A stretch of 53,837 nucleotides of DNA, the filler included, from Sphacelaria rigidula (Eukaryota), in the NCBI GenBank assembly GCA_964200075.2. It is 5 parts of 5 records of this genome, joined end to end, with 100 filler letters (N's around TTAATTAATTAA, not from the genome) between each part and the next. Parts side by side here need not be neighbours in the genome. Positions count along the whole stretch, not along the records: positions 43,153 to 53,837 come from CAXNAA020006079.1; 4 more parts are not named here. One strand, 5' to 3'. A model generated the notes under the pieces. That model saw only the letters and a program-made list of their open reading frames with translations, had not been told where the DNA came from and searched no databases. The position numbers were made by a program, and so were the translations under genes. Below are positions 50,064 to 53,837 of the stretch, one piece after another. Within the stretch, counting starts at the first letter, position 1, and each line of letters opens with the position of its first letter.

Positions 50064-53000
50064 CAGAGGGCCTCGCGGCAGCCCTCTCGCCGCGAGTTGA
50101 TCCCGCACCCAGTCTTTCTCCGCCTGTGGCACAGGCTGACACTCGGCTGGCATTTTCACCTGACAGCAAGCGGGCACGACAGGACGCACGTGTTGCAACA
50201 GAAGCGCACGGGAAGTGCGAGCGAGGGGCTGAGCGAGGTGAAGGCGAAAAGCCACACGCTGACGATGGTACGCACTGTAGACTCCCTGCATTTTTTTGGA
50301 CGTCCCGCATGTTGCCGGAGCGTCACAATATCCACATATCGTTGAGTGATGAAAATTTTGTCGCTGTGAGACAGCTTAGCCTTGTCCAAAACGTTCGTCG
50401 GGACGCAGGGTGTGACACGTACAGCACAGACAACCGCCGCTAAGAGGGGAGAGAAGGGATGGCGATAAAGCGACACGTGGTTGACGTGAGGCGAAAAAGA
50501 TATGAGCAACCTGATTGCTATCCCCATCTTCCATGCCTCGCATCCAGTGCACATGCAGGAGGACAAGCAAAGCACCCGCAAGTTCGCTCACGCGCAATCA
50601 TCGACACTCGTCGCTACTGAAGTCGGGGAAGCTCTTTCCTTCCCTTGTACAAATGGCGGCGCACTCAACAATGCACATCGCAATACCCCCACAGCCCAAA
50701 GCGGAAGTGAAACCGCACAGAGAGATCCACGTGCACGCATGCAGACGCAGCTTCATCTGGTCAAAGAACGCACCTCGTCACGAGTGTTGGAGAGCAGGTG
50801 GTGCGACGCCTTGAGGATACTGAGCCATTCCACGTCGTACTCCAGGTTCACAGCCTGGCCCTCGCAGCCGTTTCCCTCTTGTGGCCTAGGCACGGATATC
50901 AGCTGCAAGAAGTCTCTACCACCGGCGTTGCCGTGAACACCATCGCAAAAGCAAGTGAACATCAATATACAGGCATACCTTCAGTTAGCCGCGATAAATC
51001 TTTGTCAACGGCCAGGGACGCGAAAAACAATGAAATAAGGGACAGGAACACAAAGCGATACATGGTCAAGAAGCGGCGTTGCCGCAAACCAAGCTTGATG
51101 GACTTTCAAATTCTTCTGCCGGAAGTCGAACGGCTGAATGATCGCAAACCTCGGAGGATCGACCGCTCGCTCAGTCCTCGCGGCGCCCCCCGTGAGTCTT
51201 TCATTTTCTTTACGCGGACGGCGGTATCGTCACAGCTCGACACACGCGGCCAGCACTCACCGCTTGGGGAGACATTTGTCGAGAGCGAGAAATCGCGTAG
51301 TTGCCGAATACTTTCCTCCTGGCCTACCCTGTCCCTCCCTCGGAAGCTTGTGCTTGACAACCGCCGCAAACTTACAGTGCAAGTGCGCCGAGAACCAGTA
51401 GTCTGGCTGAAGCTTGTGGAGGAGTTTCTCAGCCGGCGGGCTCCCGAGCCGGTTTTCATTAACCTTTCCGTCGCGAGTGCCCACACGAAGAGGGGGTGGA
51501 CGGAATTCGCCCCGCGGGAGCACGGTCGCGCCATAAACACAGGGAGGCGGAATTTGTTACAGGGGAGGGGAAGGGGGAGCAAAAATATGTAGAAATCATA
51601 AGCTTCTCGCACGCAAACCACGCTGTGACTTCATCCAGCGCCTCCCCCGCCCAGCAGCGATTTGGGCCCTAGTTCGTTTGTTTCATTACTCCTGTGCCTA
51701 CCTCTCACCATCTGATGGGCGGCGGGGAGAGGGTCGGGGGGGGGGGGTTACGACGAAGAGGGAGAGGCAGAAAGACAGCGAGAGGAAAGAGAACGAAGAC
51801 AGAGACTGACTGAGAGCAGACAGGTCGCGTGTCCTGCTGCTCGACGCTACTCTGCCGTAAGCCGCATGTGGACGGTTTTGCTGCCAGAGGATGGAAAAAT
51901 AAACAATGCAGACAGACGCGAAAAACTATGTAAAAAAAGGGGGACGTGAAGGCGAAAACGCACGTAATGCCAAGCATGCTTCGGGAGACCACACAGGGTC
52001 AGTATCTAAACAAAATACTCTCCGTTTCTGTTCAACGTTGCGGTCGTGTGGTAGTGCGGTACACTGATGCAGACTCACCTCGGTTTTGAGAAATCTTTTT
52101 CGCTCAAGTAGCTCCGGTGCGTCGCCGTATTGCACGATCCCCCTCGGCCAATCGTGCGACAACCCCACGTCAATATGACCCGTCAGCTGTGAGTCAAGTC
52201 CCGAAGCGACATGAAAAAGAGAGCGGGGGCGACAGACTTTAACCACCCGCGGCTACGTCAAAAAATTGAGCCCGTTCCCCAGCGCCTGCTGGATACAATG
52301 CTATAGTCCATTTCATCAGTACCTCTTGTCGATCGGCATGCGGGTACATGGGCTGGCCGAGTACAGCCTTACCCAATAATTACTCGTTGAACGTGCTGAC
52401 CATTCTGTACCAACGGTACGGACGTGTCCGCACCAGTACGGACCTGCTGCAGCCTAAAAACCTCGAGCTCTCTGACGTGGTAGACAGAACGTAGGGCATT
52501 CCCGGCGTAAGGTGGCTGCTCATGACGTCCGACCCTGAAGTTCCTGGTGCATGAGGACACGGCACCGTGGGGGAAAACGCAGACATGTGTGAGCCAGGAA
52601 CGATGCCGAGGCACGGTGTGTGATGATGGTAGCGAACAATCCCAATCAGGACTCGTCTACGACGCGAACGGCTTGTGCTCCGTGGGGTAAAAGCAACGCA
52701 GCACTTCCAGCCATGAGACTCGAAGGGAACAGCATCTCCACGTCCGTCAATACAACCGCTGGGAACGAAGCTACATAGCTATGCGACATTCTCAAGAAAC
52801 TGTGCAACCCATATGGTCTAGTCGCACGCAGCTGACACTCCACCAGCAACCTTGTTTTAGGTTGGTCTGGTCCCTGACCTCTCATTGAAAATGCCCGAGA
52901 GTCCAGCGATCCGCACGCCACCCACGTTCACCACCCCCGACAGGCCCATGTAGTAGATCTTCGGAGCCACCCAGCCACCGTACGGTAGTTCCTGAAGTAG

Positions 53001-53572
53001 CATAAACGCAGCACGGGGAAAAAAAAAAAAAAGTGGATACAAGAAGCGTCCAGCCGCACACGCCGCCCAGCCGAAGTGGCAGTCTTGCGGTTGACAAGAT
53101 CGGACTCTGCGTCAGTGCATGTTTCGTCGCTGCACATCACGTGGTTCGCTTCTATTAGTAGATAGATGGTTATCTCCGGGTAAGAGAACCCTGAACGCTC
53201 CTCACCCCTGGAGGAGTGATATAACTACGGCGGTTGCGTGACTAATGTGCAATGCAACTCTCAGCCACAAGAGCTTCGGAACGCAATATGGGTGGACCTG
53301 ATCGTCCACCACATCCGCAACCACCAAAACCAAAGTAACTTTGCCAATCCCAGCTAGCCAACCCGCCTCAGTTGGCCAACCCACACGCTGACGCTGAGTG
53401 TTTGCGACAGAGGAAGCGCCAATATTAACGTTCTGATGACCCCCCTGGACGTTGTGGCCGCACCACCACATCTTGTCACCTGCAGGTACGAAGAAGCCTC
53501 GTGATTGCCTCCAATGAACACCGTGAGATACGGCACCACTTTTTCCCCGCTGTAGTACTTGTGGAAGTCGCC
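50064..53572 (-). CDS. DBR1: RNA lariat debranching enzyme, partial at both ends (7 exons)
   Basis: Phase-consistent exons: 53572-53480, 52991-52879, 52543-52444, 52186-52079, 51463-51261, 50915-50774, 50159-50064. Motifs: [107 protein letters not shown]. Confidence 0.96.
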
Positions 53573-53837
53573 CTGTGGACGATCGCATCGCGTTCGACAA
53601 AAGATACCACGCGGAAGAAGGAGATGAGTTGTTGTGGGGATTGACAAGAACGTTACACCGGGTACCTCAGGATTTGGTCAAATCTGCGAAGTCGCTACCA
53701 TAGTGAGTTTGGCGCGCGCGGGAGAGGGGGGGGTTGCACTCATGATCTTGCATACCAGAGTCATCAGACCATTGTCCTTGCATCCCTGCAAAGCCGGGAC
53801 GGAGCACGCCGGGTTTTCGCCGGACGAGGCTCGCACT

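Noticed and set aside
50798..51592. 264-aa ORF on the + strand, and the many other shadow ORFs over DNA2, the SLX4-like gene and the retroelements
   Set aside because: Antisense or alternative-frame by-products of GC-rich coding sequence.
1..53837. Apparent cluster of nucleic-acid maintenance genes (SLX4-like, DNA2, SMC2, DBR1)
   Set aside because: They lie on separate contigs concatenated by size. Only DNA2 and SMC2 are physically linked.

Overview
Eukaryotic, intron-rich, transposon-rich DNA. Gene architecture and repeat types suggest a brown alga or other stramenopile (inference). The window is not one locus: it is five unrelated contigs of descending size (1-10689, 10790-21477, 21578-32265, 32366-43052, 43153-53837) joined by artificial 100-bp N44-TTAATTAATTAA-N44 spacers. 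Contig 1 holds a partial 7-exon SLX4-like scaffold gene (+) with two intronic foldback elements. Contig 2 holds a partial DNA2 nuclease-helicase gene (-; one 3960-bp exon, one GC-AG intron) head-to-head with SMC2 exon 1 (+). Contig 3 holds a partial 8-exon MyTH4-FERM gene (-) with SINE and MITE insertions in its introns. Contig 4 is a decayed Ty1/Copia element interrupted by a chromodomain Ty3/Gypsy element and a MITE. Contig 5 holds a partial 7-exon DBR1 gene (-) followed by TE debris. I could not support a wholly new biological system. The best leads are the divergent SLX4-like gene, a MITE family carrying TTAGGG repeats, a nested intronic foldback, and the DNA2/SMC2 divergent pair. All exon chains, alignments and identities were derived by eye, with no database searches.
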